From an uncultured archaeon (lineage in GTDB: Archaea; Thermoproteota; Nitrososphaeria; Nitrososphaerales; Gagatemarchaeaceae): a stretch of DNA of 64,000 nucleotides. The notes beneath the pieces are model-generated. The model worked only from the letters and a program-made list of their open reading frames with translations, had not been told where the DNA came from and did not search any database. The position numbers and the translations under genes were made by a program. Shown here piece after piece: positions 1 to 11,262 of this stretch (position 1 is its first letter; each line of letters begins with the position of its first letter). The stretch is taken from positions 1,952,001-2,016,000 of the forward strand of contig CAWCYD010000003.1 of NCBI GenBank assembly GCA_963799775.1. Direction: 5' to 3'.

Positions 1-393
1 AACATCGAGGCGCTCAACGAGGAGGTCATCTGCAGCGCTTTCGCCGCCTCCCTCGCGAGGAAGCTCCGGCAGGTCATGGGTGAAGAAAAGGGAAGGGAAT
101 ATGTTGACAGCATCATCGACATGATAGGGTCGCTCATCTCGCCCTCCCCACGAGACGCTCCGGCGCAGTCCTTCGCGGCCATCGCCGGCGCAGGAGCGGG
201 GGCAGCGTCCGGCGCGTCGATGACGCCATCGCGGCTGGAATCAAATGGACCTTTCTCCCCTTGTGGGAGCGGTGCCCTCTCCGTCTCGTGGTCCTGTGGA
301 TTGGAGGTCCGACCTGCTGCAGTTGCTGACGGACATGTCGAGGAGGGACTAGGATGCCGAAAGACCCTCAAGACATATTCGACGACGACCTAA
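1..393 (+). CDS. Hypothetical protein, 5'-truncated by window edge
   Basis: Open frame from base 1 (NIEALNEEVICSAFAASLARKLRQVMGEEK...); no recognisable motif; 3' end uncertain. Confidence 0.3.
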   Translation, partial: NIEALNEEVICSAFAASLARKLRQVMGEEKGREYVDSIIDMIGSLISPSPRDAPAQSFAAIAGAGAGAASGASMTPSRLESNGPFSPCGSGALSVSWSCGLEVRPAAVADGHVEEGLGCRKTLKTYSTTT

Positions 394-833
394 GGGAGAA
401 GGTCTACCAATCCACCCGAGAGAAGGTCGAGTCGCTTTGGTACGCATCGGTGGACGGGGACATCGAGCGGGTGAGGGCCATCCTCGACGAGGGCTACCAC
501 GACGTCAACGGAGGGAACAGGTGGCAGGTTGACATGGACCCCAACGGGTGGTCTAGGACGCCCCTCCACGCGGCCGTGCTCAATGCGAACGTGAAGCTCG
601 CGAAGTTCCTCCTCACCAAAGGGGCTGACCCAAACCGGAGGACCAAGTACGGCGACACGCCGCTCCACTTCGCTGTTGAGGGAGGCCAGCTCGAGATGGT
701 CAGGCTCCTTTTGAAGAACGGCGCGGATGCCTCAGTCAAGAACGACGACGGCGACACGCCCTTGGACATCGCCAAGGCTCATCGCCTGACGGAGATCATA
801 TCCCTGCTCCGACCAAAACCAAAGAAGGCGTGA
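354..833 (+). CDS. Ankyrin repeat protein
   Basis: Ankyrin motifs RTPLHAAV...GADPN, GDTPLHFAV...GADAS, GDTPLDIA. Confidence 0.92.
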   Translation: MPKDPQDIFDDDLREKVYQSTREKVESLWYASVDGDIERVRAILDEGYHDVNGGNRWQVDMDPNGWSRTPLHAAVLNANVKLAKFLLTKGADPNRRTKYGDTPLHFAVEGGQLEMVRLLLKNGADASVKNDDGDTPLDIAKAHRLTEIISLLRPKPKKA

Positions 834-890
834 TGGCTCCAATGTGCGCGCGACATTAAAGAACAACCTGCAAAGAGCGACCGATTCCTC

Positions 891-2693
891 ATGAGATTCT
901 GCTCCGCGTGCGGCGCTCGCCTGAAGTCATCGGCGAGGAGGGCTTGCCCCAACTGCGGAGCTCGCATCGAGGCGGCGCCGGAGGAGGCCGTCCGCGTAGA
1001 GCGCCAGCCCGTCAAGGCTCTCGCAGAGTCGTTCCCCTACCGGCAGATGAGGCCCTTCCAGAAGGACGTCCTCGAGAAGATCGACGCCGCGCTCGCCTCT
1101 GGCAAGAAGTTCATCATCCTGGAGGCGCCCGTCGGGTTCGGCAAGTCGGCCGTCGCCGCGGCACTATGCCGTCGCACGAGGTCGGCGTACGTCCTGACCT
1201 CTACGAAGCAGCTCCAGGACCAGTATTCCTCCGACTTTGGGTTCACGACTGTGATGGGCAAGTCCAACTTCACGTGCTTCGTCCCGACGAGCTCCGGCCG
1301 CCTGGTTGCCTGCAGCAAGGGGCGCTGCGAGGCGGACTGGAGCCTCTCCGACTGCCCCCACTACCTGACCTTCGACCAGTACGAGGACCACCTCAAGCGC
1401 CTCTGCGACAAAGACTCGAAGTGCGAGAAGCTTATGAAGAGCAACGGCGGGAAGATCTGCACCTACTACAAACAAAAGTGGGACTCGCTCAGGAGGGACG
1501 TCACGGTCGGCAACTACTCCTTCTTCTTCAGCGAGCTCAAGTTCACCGACGACCTCAGGAAGAGGATGCTCCTCGTGTGCGACGAGGCCCACGACCTGGA
1601 GAGGCAGCTCGTCGGCGCGGCCGCGTTCACGCTGATGACAGCTCGCAGGTCCGACAATACTCCGAGGAGGGCCGGGAGTTCAACATCCCCTTCAAGGAAG
1701 GCATGGAGACGGACGCGGGCCTGTGGCTGGCCGCTTTGGGCTCGGCCAAGGAGGTGCTGCGAGGATTCTACGACGCCAATGAAGAGAATCTCTCGATGCA
1801 GGACCGAATGGTGTCCTGCTCCGACGTATTGGAGTCGCTCGAGGCCTTCACCCACGACCTGAAGGCTGCGCCGCAGAACTGGGTCGTCTGCGGCATGAAG
1901 AGGACGAGCATGACACTCGACGCCCAGAGCGGGGCGCACGCAGAGCTGGTCGACGAGGTGTCCTTCCAGCCCCTCGACATCGCGGCGTACACCGCCAAGC
2001 TCTTCGACACAGCGGAGACCGTCCTGCTGATGTCGGCCACCATCTTCTCCGACTCGCTCCTCTGCAAGACCCTCGGGATCCCGATAGAAAAGGCGGAGTT
2101 CGTGAAGGTCTCAGACTCGTCGTTCCCTGTGGAGAACAGGAGGATCTACTCGATGGATGTCGCGCGCCTCAGCAGGGCGACGATGGACGCTTCTCTGGAG
2201 AGCGTCGCCAAGGCGGTAGACGAGATAATGGACCGGCACGCCGGCGAGAGAGGCGTAGTCCACACCACGTCATACTTCCAGGCGAAGTACGTGATGGACC
2301 ACGTCTCCGAGCACAACAAAGCAAGATTGGTCACGACGGAAGGAAGCGCGAACAGGGGCGAGCTACTGCGGGCACACGGTGTCAAGGAGGGGTCGGTGCT
2401 CATCTCACCTAGCCTCTACCAGGGAGTCGACCTCAAGGACGACCTCTCGAGGTTCCAGGTGATAGTCAAGGTTCCCGTACCCCGACCTCTCGGACCGGAG
2501 GACCCAGGTCAAGATGGAAAGGGACAAGGGCTGGTACCGTTGGCAGACGGCCCAGCGTCTAGTGCAGACTTACGGAAGATCGGTTCGTAGTGAAACCGAC
2601 CACGCAATAACCTACATTTTGGATTCCAACTTTCCGTCCTTCGTCAGGGACAACAGGAAGCTCTTCCCGCAATACTTCCTCGAAGCGCTTTAG
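891..2693 (+). CDS. Rad3/XPD/DinG-family SF2 helicase with N-terminal zinc ribbon (frameshifted near ~1640 and ~2475)
   Basis: CxxC..CxxC N-terminus; Q motif RPFQ, Walker A EAPVGFGKS, Cys cluster, DEAH, LMSATI, QGVDLKDD; final frame KVPYPDLSD...QTYGRSVRSETD ends TAG 2691-2693. Confidence 0.88.
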
Positions 2694-2725
2694 GCGTGAC
2701 TCTTTGCCGTCGCATGTTCGCTGAA

Positions 2726-2929
2726 TCATCGCGCGAGTTCCTTCTTTAGAAGGATGACGCTTTCTAGGAGAAGGATTTCATCCGCAAGCGTCTCCGGAGA
2801 CAGTCTCCCCGCAGAAGCTACGCGCTTCATCATTACGGGTTCTAGGTCTTCGAGCAGAGCCCTGACCGTCGTTCTTTCTGAGCCGTCAGGCATTCTTGCG
2901 GCGTGGCCTCTTCGCACGACGGTTGGCAA
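2726..2929 (-). CDS. Small hypothetical protein
   Basis: Short ORF (likely start MPDGSER); helical, no motif. Confidence 0.4.
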   Translation of the reverse strand: MPTVVRRGHAARMPDGSERTTVRALLEDLEPVMMKRVASAGRLSPETLADEILLLESVILLKKELAR

Positions 2930-3074
2930 TCCAAGAATCTACTATCTCGTTAAGCCATTCCTCGACCTCAGGTTTGGGGCGAGATAGCCTGCTCCTCAGA
3001 TAGGAGAGGTCGTCTTGGTACTCTTTGTCGGTCCGTTTCATGGGATAGAATAGACTCTGCCCGGATTTAAGCAC
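2886..3074 (-). CDS. Small hypothetical protein
   Basis: Short ORF overlapping next gene, basic C-terminus. Confidence 0.4.
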   Translation of the reverse strand: MLKSGQSLFYPMKRTDKEYQDDLSYLRSRLSRPKPEVEEWLNEIVDSWIANRRAKRPRRKNA

Positions 3075-3129
3075 CGACCCCGGATTGCGTTTGCGTCGGA
3101 CTTTTGGTCTCTACTGGGATTTTGCTCTA

Positions 3130-4511
3130 TTAGCCGTACACCGCCGGCATAATGTCGACAGGAATGAAGAGTGTAAGGTCAGTGCTGCCGACGCCGACAT
3201 CGACTATGAGCGTGTAGAGCCTTGGGGGCGCGTTTCCCGAGGCCGTGAAATGGAGGCCGAAGTAGAGCGGGGCGTAGGCGATTATCGACCGATTCGTTTG
3301 CGGTTCAGACACCGCAAACTGCATCCAAGTCGGCTGGGGCAACACTTGGCCGTTCCCACCAAGGAACCCCGCAATCGAGAGGGAGACAGGGAGGGTCTGA
3401 TTTGTATCGCCGCCCTGAGGATCATAGATTATCGACTGGATATCGAGGTTTGACTGGCCGACCGAGTCCTCCGCCGTGCTCCCAAGGAATTCCTGATTTG
3501 CAGCCAGGGATCGCAAGACGACGAAACGGTTCGCGTTCTCCAACAGCCCCGCAGGCAGAGCAATCTCGCCGATGTTTGAGCTGCCTGTGGTCGCTTGAAT
3601 TATCAGGGGATTGTTGTTGCCGTTGAGGACGAGGTTGGAAAGAGGGTTGAGCACGGTCTCGCCGGCGAGAAGCATCTCTGCTCGCGTCCCGTTTGGGCCG
3701 ACCTCCGGAAGGAACGACGGCAGGAACTTTATCCAATATCCAGAAACAAGTCCAATCGAGCTGAGGTTGACGTCCTCGATGACTGTGGGCGACGAAATGG
3801 TCAGGGGATATTCTTGGAGACTAGGGAATCCAGTGATCGAGGACGGGGTAGAGCCTGGGGACGGGTTGGGCTGGCTCGGCGAGCCGACCGATATCGTGAT
3901 GTCTCCCTCGGCGTAATTAGCCGACTCGATCTGCTTGATCCCAAAGTAGTCCGACGTGAAGGAAAGACCGAAGGTGGCGTTCGCGACAAGGATGTAGTCC
4001 CCCGTCGTCAACGAACCCAGACCGAATCCGTTTTCGACGGACGAGCTCGTGGCGACCAGCTTCATCGAACCTGATTGAAAGAGAGAAGCGGTGATGTTCT
4101 GGGTATTCTGCCAGTCTGAGACCCCGAAGTTGAGTGTGGCATTAGGGTAGACCACCAAGGTCGGGATGCTGGTAGTCGTGTTCTTCAGGGGGTCTGGGGC
4201 ACCACAGTTCCGCACCGAAGTTGTTGCGCTCTGGTTCGTCGTTGCTGAACCGGCCCAGCAATAGGCCCTTGCTCGCCGTAAAACACCCCGTCGCCCACAC
4301 GGACGGAAATCTGGGGGATGCTGGCAACTGAGGCAGGAAGCGGGGGAGGACCGAATAGGCGGCCCGTCCCATATGGCCCCGGGCTCAAAACCTTGGGGCT
4401 AACGGTGTCTAGGACGTAGATGCCCGCCAACGCCGCCACAATCAGCAAGACCGCCAGCCATACGGCATTCGCGCTAACCCACTGAGCGCGTGAGGAGGGG
4501 TCAGTTTCCAA
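3130..4511 (-). CDS. Membrane-anchored secreted beta-rich protein (frameshift near ~4210)
   Basis: N-terminal TM (AVWLAVLLIVAALAGIYVL) in 4185..4511 continues into the S/T/G-rich 3130..4215 frame. Confidence 0.65.
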
Positions 4512-4603
4512 CGATCATCCTACCGTTATCTGTACGACCTGCCGGGAGCATCCTTCAGATAAGGCGTGGGGAGGAAAGTTCCACATGGAGAGAGCTTCTT
4601 CAC

Positions 4604-5373
4604 TCAGCCGGGCGCAGCTATCCCACTGTGCTCTATCGTGAAGTGTAGTATCACTAGGGCTCCCCACTCGTCACCCGCGACCGCCGTGTAGGTGCCCGGC
4701 GGGAAGCCCTCCATCATCGAATTCGAAGTAGCTCCTCCCATCCCAGAAGACGTCGTCGATGCCATCAGCGGAGAGTAGATCCCCGTCGCATTTACTATCG
4801 AGAGCATCTGGGTGGCGTTCCCCGTGCCCGGGAGTATCAAGGCCATGTCGCTGGAGGGCTGGAAGAGGTATCCCGTGACGTACCTCACCAGCATCGGGCA
4901 GGCGACTGGAGCGTAGATTTGTAGAGGGTGCCCTTCGGTCAGGTTGGCCGCAGCAAAGGGCACCCTGGTAGATCGCGACCCCATAGGGCAGGTCGAAGGT
5001 GCCCGCACGGCCCGTCAGAGAGCCCGTTGACGGCCCATGAGGACGACGTGCTGACGTTGCTACTCGAGACGCGGAGGTTGTAATCGTCCACCGTCATGCT
5101 CACCATCGAGCCGTTGATCCCGGGCCCTTGATAGAAGTTCAACTTCAGCTGAAGCTGCAGTCCGTCGGTGGAGTTGGCTCCGCCCGATGTGCTTCCACCG
5201 GTGGAGGACATGGATGTCGTCGATGTAGTAATTGTCGACACCAAAGTTGTCGTCGCCCTAGAGCTTGTCTGCGAAACGCTGGAACTTGTCGTTCCCTGCT
5301 GGGTGACAAAGAAGCCTGCCCCAACCACAATCGCCGCAACGACGACTGCGAATGCAACTGTCGCTCCCTTCAT
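4604..5373 (-). CDS. Membrane-anchored secreted protein, AGDEWG family (frameshift near ~4990)
   Basis: Signal anchor, Thr/Ser linker, CPMLVRYVTGYLFQPSSD and GTYTAVAGDEWG; paralog of 17799..18842. Confidence 0.75.
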
Positions 5374-5575
5374 GATTCTTCGTCTATCCTGAGGTCTGCA
5401 TGGCTATTTAGTCCTAGGCACTAGAACGGTCTGTTCGCGCTAGACCCATGTCAAATTTGGTCGAGGGTTCCCGTGCAGCGTCTCAACATGTTGTGGAAAT
5501 GCGATAGCTCGACGAGCCGGGGCCCGCGTGACCTCCTTGCAACGCTTAAAGTGTTGAGGAGCATCCTTGCGCCGG

Positions 5576-6137
5576 ATGGAAGGCCCCTTCGCCTACGTCT
5601 TCTGGCACTGGCCCAAGGAAGGGATAACACCTGCATCCTACGAGACCAGGCTGTCCTCGTTTCAGCGTTCCCTTGAGTCGAGCAAGCCGAGCGGGCTCAT
5701 CGAGGCAACGAGCTTCCGTGTCGACAAGCTGCCCTGGGGCAACCCGGCGGGCGCTCTCTATGAAGACTGGTATGTCGTGAAGGACTTCGCCTCGCTGGGT
5801 GCCCCTGAACGACGCGGCGATCTCCGGGACGGCCCGCGAACCCCACGACTCTGTCGCCAGGGACTACATGAAGGGGGCCGGGGGAGTGTTCAGGATGATC
5901 AGCGGGGGGCTGCGCCTGCGCGACGCCGAGTTCGTGGCCTGGGTCGACAAGTCGGTCGGACCCTCCTACGAGTCCTACTATGAGGAGATTGCAAAGAACG
6001 TCGGCGCGAGGAGCACCGACCTGTGGCGAAGACAGATGGTCCTCGGTCCTTCTTCCCAGTTCTGCGTTCACAGCGAGGACGAGATTCAGTTCCCCGAGAG
6101 CTTCCGTCCGATCTCTGCCCAGTTGCAGCGAATCTAG
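5576..6137 (+). CDS. Hypothetical protein (frameshift near ~5800)
   Basis: FAYVFWHWP...YEDWYVVKDFASLG joins LNDAAISG...LWRRQMVLGP in next frame; TTAAA box ~5546. Confidence 0.65.
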
Positions 6138-6182
6138 TGAGAACGAAGCTCGTCTAGAGTCAATAAATACGGCCGCAGCCTG

Positions 6183-6980
6183 TTGTTTCAGGCGTTGGCC
6201 GAGAGCGAAGCGATCAAGGACGCGGTGAAGGAGTCATATGGCGCACTAGCGGAGAAGAGGTCATCGTTCGACATCGTGACCTGCTGCGAGCCGAGCGGCG
6301 AACCCAAGCTTGAGCAGCTAGTCAGATACGGCTATTCCGCGGCCGAACTCGAGCACGTACCCGAGTCGGTGAAGGTCATGTCCGACGGGTGCGGCAACCC
6401 CACGGGCCTAGCGATCATCAGGAAGGGGGACACCGTGCTCGACCTGGGGTCGGGAGGTGGCATCGACGTGCTGCTGGCGAGCAGGAAGGTCGGCCCTCAC
6501 GGCAGGGTCATCGGTCTTGACATGACGCCGCAGATGGTCAGCAGCGCAGCAGAGAACGCGAAGAGGTTGAACCTGGCCAACGTGGTGTTCAAGCTAGGCG
6601 AGATAGAGAGCATTCCGCTCGAGGACGAGAGCGTCGACGTCGTGATAAGCAACTGCGTCATCTGCCTCAGCCCGGACAAGGAGGCCGTCTTCCGCGAGGT
6701 GCACAGGGTAATGAGGCCAGGTGGAAGGCTCGCGGTAGCCGACGAAGTCGCAATCCATCCGTTCACAAAGGCGGAGATGGCGGACCCCGAGAAGTGGTGC
6801 TCGTGCGTGGCCGGGGCGGTGACCGAAGACGCGTACGCCAAGGCCCTGGTCAGGGCAAATTTCGACCAGGTCTACGTGAGGCGACTGCGGCCGCCATCTG
6901 ACTCGATGCCCAACGTCTTCAGCGCATTCATCAGCGCCGTCAAGCCGTCCTCAGAGGTCCGAACTCGCGGTCTAACGTGA
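6183..6980 (+). CDS. arsM: Arsenite methyltransferase-like class I SAM methyltransferase
   Basis: TCC, GCGNP, VLDLGSGGGID, VISNCVI, WCSCVAGA motifs typical of ArsM. Confidence 0.78.
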   Translation: MFQALAESEAIKDAVKESYGALAEKRSSFDIVTCCEPSGEPKLEQLVRYGYSAAELEHVPESVKVMSDGCGNPTGLAIIRKGDTVLDLGSGGGIDVLLASRKVGPHGRVIGLDMTPQMVSSAAENAKRLNLANVVFKLGEIESIPLEDESVDVVISNCVICLSPDKEAVFREVHRVMRPGGRLAVADEVAIHPFTKAEMADPEKWCSCVAGAVTEDAYAKALVRANFDQVYVRRLRPPSDSMPNVFSAFISAVKPSSEVRTRGLT

Positions 6981-7461
6981 AGGGGCGGGCAGCCTGTTCG
7001 TCAAGTACTCCAGCGTTTCGGCGAGTTGCGCTCGCTTCTCTTCCAGGCCCCTGTTCTCCCTCTCCAGAGCGGAGACCCTCTCCTCGAGCGCCGAAATCTC
7101 TCCCTCGGTTCTGCACCTTTCGATCTCTCGATCCAGCGCGTGGGACCTCTCCTCCATGGCTGCCAGCCTTTCTTGCATCTGAGCGTCCACCGACCGGGCC
7201 TCCTGCATCTCCTTGCCCAGCTGGGAGAGCTTCTCCCTGCTCAGGAGCGCGTACCGGCGCTTGCCCCTGACGGCAGGAATGTCGGTGCCGCAGCGCTTGC
7301 AGCTCATCAGGTCGATGATGACCGCTTCAGAAGCGGCGCCCAAGAGAGGCTCGCTCGAGTGCATGAAATGAAGAGCGGGCCGTGAAACTGTCCCCGTTGC
7401 AGCTGGGGCAGAGCAGGCCCTGCTTTTGCTCTCGCCGCTTCGACGGCGTCCCGTCAGGCAA
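6972..7461 (-). CDS. Zinc-ribbon plus coiled-coil protein (probable frameshift near ~7370)
   Basis: CPSC upstream and CKRC in ORF 6972..7364, then heptad-rich E/R/L tail. Confidence 0.5.
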
Positions 7462-7483
7462 CGTCAGCACTTGTCCTGCAGGC

Positions 7484-7747
7484 CTAGTTGGACTGGGCCT
7501 GAGGAGCGACTTGCTGTTGCTCTAAAGAGGGCTTTCCCTCTGCCAGCGCCCTGAGCATGTCCCTGACGACTCCTAGTGAGCTGTTGCTCGACTCGAGGAG
7601 AGCCGCGTATCTTGACATCTCCAAGATCGGTATCTGTTCGACGAGCACGGAGATCTCGTTCTCCAGCGCGGACCTTGTCTGCTCTAGGTCTCCCAGTCGT
7701 GCCTCTAGTTCTTCCCTTCTTCCTCGCGATTCGCTCGCAGTTTCCAT
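7484..7747 (-). CDS. Small coiled-coil protein
   Basis: ATG start, heptad pattern, co-oriented with 6972..7461. Confidence 0.55.
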   Translation of the reverse strand: METASESRGRREELEARLGDLEQTRSALENEISVLVEQIPILEMSRYAALLESSNSSLGVVRDMLRALAEGKPSLEQQQVAPQAQSN

Positions 7748-7880
7748 GTGGGTGCAGTAGGCGTCGCTCTATGTCTGCCACCCCGCCCAAATGAGTTGAG
7801 CCGGAGGTGAACTTTGGTGGAGCGGTCGACCACCGACCGCTCTCAGCTTATATCCCCGAGGGCGACGGTGCGTCCCAAAG

Positions 7881-8288
7881 ATGGTCCGAACGAGACGAAG
7901 AGGGACGGCCATCGTCGACACACCGAAGGGGATCCTCGTCGTCAGCAAGGACGGCGGGAGCTTCATCCTTCCCGGAGGAGGCGCGAACCGCGGCGAGAGC
8001 GAGAAGGACGCCACGATACTCGAGCTGAAGGAGGAGACTGGGATGGAGGCGGTCGAGGTCGACTACCTGTTCGACTTCACGGGGATGGTCCACAAGGACT
8101 CTAGGGGCAGTTACTTCAGGAACGCCCACAAAGTGTTCGTCGTGACGGAAGGGCACCCCCGAACCAAGGCAGGAGATCAGGCGGGTTGCATACTACGACG
8201 GCTCCGCGCCGAAGATATCCTACTCAGCGCGGCAGATCATCGAGAGTTACCGGTCTTCCAGAGCCTCGGGGCGCCAGACCCAGCATGA
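7881..8288 (+). CDS. NUDIX hydrolase (3' frameshift near ~8155)
   Basis: Nudix box LPGGGANRGESEKDATILELKEETG. Confidence 0.85.
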   Translation: MVRTRRRGTAIVDTPKGILVVSKDGGSFILPGGGANRGESEKDATILELKEETGMEAVEVDYLFDFTGMVHKDSRGSYFRNAHKVFVVTEGHPRTKAGDQAGCILRRLRAEDILLSAADHRELPVFQSLGAPDPA

Positions 8289-8365
8289 ACGCTCAAGGAA
8301 CCATCTTAGGTATTCATCAATACTAACACGTTTGATGTTCCCTAGGTTCTCCTTGATGATAGGCG

Positions 8366-8593
8366 ATGCCAAAGGACAAGGCCAAGGCTAAGGGGTCACA
8401 GCTGTTCAAGTGCGACAAGTGCGGGGCGACCTTCACAGACCGCGAGATGCTGGAGAAGCACATGAAGAGCCACACAACCGCAAGGACGCCGGGCCCCTCT
8501 GGCGGGGGCGAGACTGTGGTCCAGGGCCAACCGCGGACGCCTCCATCTTCAGCTCCACCCGAACCGACACCTGCCGTTCCTCAAACAGTGTAA
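8366..8593 (+). CDS. C2H2 zinc-finger small protein
   Basis: FKCDKCGATFTDREMLEKHMKSH plus Pro-rich tail. Confidence 0.8.
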   Translation: MPKDKAKAKGSQLFKCDKCGATFTDREMLEKHMKSHTTARTPGPSGGGETVVQGQPRTPPSSAPPEPTPAVPQTV

Positions 8594-8620
8594 ACGCTAC
8601 AATCACGAGCGCTAGGGGCG

Positions 8621-8935
8621 CTAGGTGTCCTTCGCGGTCTGCCCTTTCTTTCTCTTCGAGTCCATCGTCCTGTCGATGATCTCAGTCTGCTTCTGCAGGA
8701 ATGACCTGTACGCGCCCAAAAGCTCCGCCTGCTCCTTGCGCGTCATCTCGTCCACGGTCTTCAAAGCCTCGGTGAGACCCTTCGAAGCCTTGGCGAAGGA
8801 GCTGTCGAGGGCGTCCGCGACGTTGGGCACCTCGCGCGAAAGCCTCGCGCGGGCGGCACGGGTCACAGCGTCCAGAAGCTCGCCCGCGTTCTTCGCCGTC
8901 TCCTTCGCTTTCGCCTTGACCTCTTCCGAACTCAT
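8621..8935 (-). CDS. Helical hypothetical protein
   Basis: Start MSSEEVKAKAK at 8935 with TTAA box upstream. Confidence 0.6.
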   Translation of the reverse strand: MSSEEVKAKAKETAKNAGELLDAVTRAARARLSREVPNVADALDSSFAKASKGLTEALKTVDEMTRKEQAELLGAYRSFLQKQTEIIDRTMDSKRKKGQTAKDT

Positions 8936-8979
8936 GCCTGCTCTGACGACCCACCCATAGTTAAGACTCGCGGCGGCCC

Positions 8980-10243
8980 TCACGCCTTCTTTCTCATCCA
9001 GTTGTAGGCGATTCCCACCATCGCCATCACCAAGCTGACAGCGAGCAGCGTCCCGATGAAGGGGAGTATGGCCAGCGAGACCAGGAGCGACGCCCACGGG
9101 AGCAATCGTCTCGCTCCCCTCTCCTTGAGCATCCTGACGCCCGCCGCCGACCCGATGACATACGTGAGGATGGCCGCGCCGCTCGTCGTGAGAAAGGCAG
9201 ACTGGATGCCTATGTTGGCGAAGTAGAACACCGCTAGGCTCGCCATGACGACGGCGAGGAGGAAACCGGTCGAACGTCGAGGGACCCGCTCCTCTCGTCC
9301 ACCGTGGCGAGCACGCCCGGAAAGCCGCCGTCCCTGGAAGCGGCGTAGATCACCCTGGCCATACCTGCCACGTACGCGTTGACCGTGCCGAAGATTATGA
9401 CCACGGCCAGAGCCGAGATCACCACGACCCCCGAGGATCCTAGCACGGAAGACATGAGCACAGCGAATGGGGTGATCCCCCCGCCGCTCTCGTACGCCCC
9501 AGTGCCCACTATCGCGATCGCAACCGCGAGGTAGAGGACGCATACCAGGACGACGCTTATCGCGACGCTCCGCCCAAAGTCTCGCTTCGGGTCCTTGAAC
9601 TCCTCCGCCACGTTCGAGACGTTCTCGTATCCGAGGAACGACCAGACTATCAGAGCCGCTGCGACCCCCACCGAGGCGAGGCCGTCGGGCATGAACGGGG
9701 AGAAGTTGGAGGCGCTCACCTTCACGCTCGAGGCTACCACGGCGGACGAGAGGACGGCGATTATCACTGCGACCGTCGCCAGCTGGACCCTGCCGCTGAA
9801 CTTGATCCCGCGGAGGTTCACGGCGAACGCCGTCACGAGAAGCAGCCCCGCGAACAGGAAGGTCTCGGGCCTGGTCAACGGCACCGAGGACGCGACGTAG
9901 GAACCCGCCGCGAGGCTTATCGCTGGCGCCCCCGAGACAACCCATGCCACGAACAACCACGCGACGATCGCCGCAGTCCTCACACCGAACGCCTCCTTCG
10001 CGAAGGAGTAGATCCCGCCCGACTCTGGGTTGCGGGCCGAGAGCCTCGAGAAGGTGTATGCGAAAGGATAGCTCGCCAAAGAAAGAAGGCCCCAAGCCAG
10101 CAAGGAGGCGGGCCCTGCCGCCCTCGCGGCGAGCCCTGGGATCACGAGCACACCCGCCCCGAGGACGGAGCTGACGTAGAGCGCGACCGCGTAACGGAGG
10201 GTGATCTCCCGCTTCAGGTTCGAGGGCTGCAGACTCCGCGCAA
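8980..10243 (-). CDS. APC-family amino acid permease (frameshifted)
   Basis: LKREITLRYAVALYVSSVLGAGVLVIPG, PESGGIYSF, WSFLGYENVSNVAEEFKDPKR; multiple TM helices; start approximate. Confidence 0.88.
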
Positions 10244-10346
10244 CTCCTTAGAGCGATGAATGGGGGTCGTCGCGATATAAGGCGACGAGCAGCGTACGCC
10301 GGCGATTGGCGACAAGTAAATACCTCCCCGCCACCTCGCTCCCACC

Positions 10347-10772
10347 GTGGTAGTCAAGCCCAAGGGAGAAGTTCCCGCCAAGCCCGTCGACAAGGCCGTG
10401 AAGACAGAGATCCAGTGGCTGATCGATAGAAACGACGGAGCACCCAACTTCGAACTGAGGAAGTTCACAATCCGGCCCGGAGGCAGCATCCCGAAGCACT
10501 ACCATCCGGACATAGAGCACGAGCAGTACGTCCTCGGCGGAGACTACGAGCTCGGGATAGACGACAAGGTGTACAGGCTCAAGGCCGGGGACTCCGTGTT
10601 CGTCCCGGCAAAGGCGGTCCACTGGTATCGCAACAGCGGAGCAAAAGACGCGGAGTTCCTCTGCATCATCCCGAAGACAGACAAGTACGAAGCGATCTAC
10701 CTCGAAGAGGAGCAGACGTCGGCCGCCAAACCTAGAGCCTCCTCTCCATCTCGATCGCGTCGTCCCCGTTAG
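10347..10772 (+). CDS. Cupin domain protein
   Basis: PGGSIPKHYHPDIEHEQYVLGG...LKAGDSVFVPAKAVHWYRN cupin motifs. Confidence 0.88.
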   Translation: MVVKPKGEVPAKPVDKAVKTEIQWLIDRNDGAPNFELRKFTIRPGGSIPKHYHPDIEHEQYVLGGDYELGIDDKVYRLKAGDSVFVPAKAVHWYRNSGAKDAEFLCIIPKTDKYEAIYLEEEQTSAAKPRASSPSRSRRPR

Positions 10773-11184
10773 GGTAATACCGCCGGACGACCTTGCCTGT
10801 CTCAGTGAACGATAGGCCGTGGTAGAGGCCGATGGCGGGTTCGTTGTTGACGCCGACTAGCAGCCGGACCGTCGAACAGCTACCCGAAAGATACCGGAGC
10901 GCATCGCCCATCAGGAGCTCTCCTATCCCTCTCCGCCTGTAGGCGGACGACACGGCGACGGATTGGATCGACGCCTCCCGTCCTTGGACTTGGGCTATCA
11001 CGTAGCCCACCAGGGACCCGTCTTCCGAGGACGCCACTATGAAGCCCTCCCGACAGGTGACCATGTAGTAGAGGAACTCGAGCCGCCCGTACGGGTGGTC
11101 GGGGAACGACTCCTTCTCGATCCGGGTGACCTGCGCCAGGTCGCCGAGCTCGAAGCGCCTGAGCGTGATACCATCTTCTGACAT
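10732..11184 (-). CDS. GNAT acetyltransferase, RimI-like
   Basis: SVAVSSAYRRRGIGELL, NEPAIGLY, RRYYPNGDDAIEM. Confidence 0.88.
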   Translation of the reverse strand: MSEDGITLRRFELGDLAQVTRIEKESFPDHPYGRLEFLYYMVTCREGFIVASSEDGSLVGYVIAQVQGREASIQSVAVSSAYRRRGIGELLMGDALRYLSGSCSTVRLLVGVNNEPAIGLYHGLSFTETGKVVRRYYPNGDDAIEMERRL

Positions 11185-11220
11185 GGAATACCCTGAACAT
11201 CGTTCTCAAAATGTCGAACA

Positions 11221-11230
11221 ATATTAAATA
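11221..11230 (+). promoter_or_regulatory. TATA-like box upstream of the Ku-ligase-PolX operon
   Basis: ATATTAAATA ~33 nt before ATG 11263, in a divergent intergenic gap. Confidence 0.5.
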
Positions 11231-11262
11231 TCGAGGAGGCCAACCTTTTCCAAGGTCTAGCC

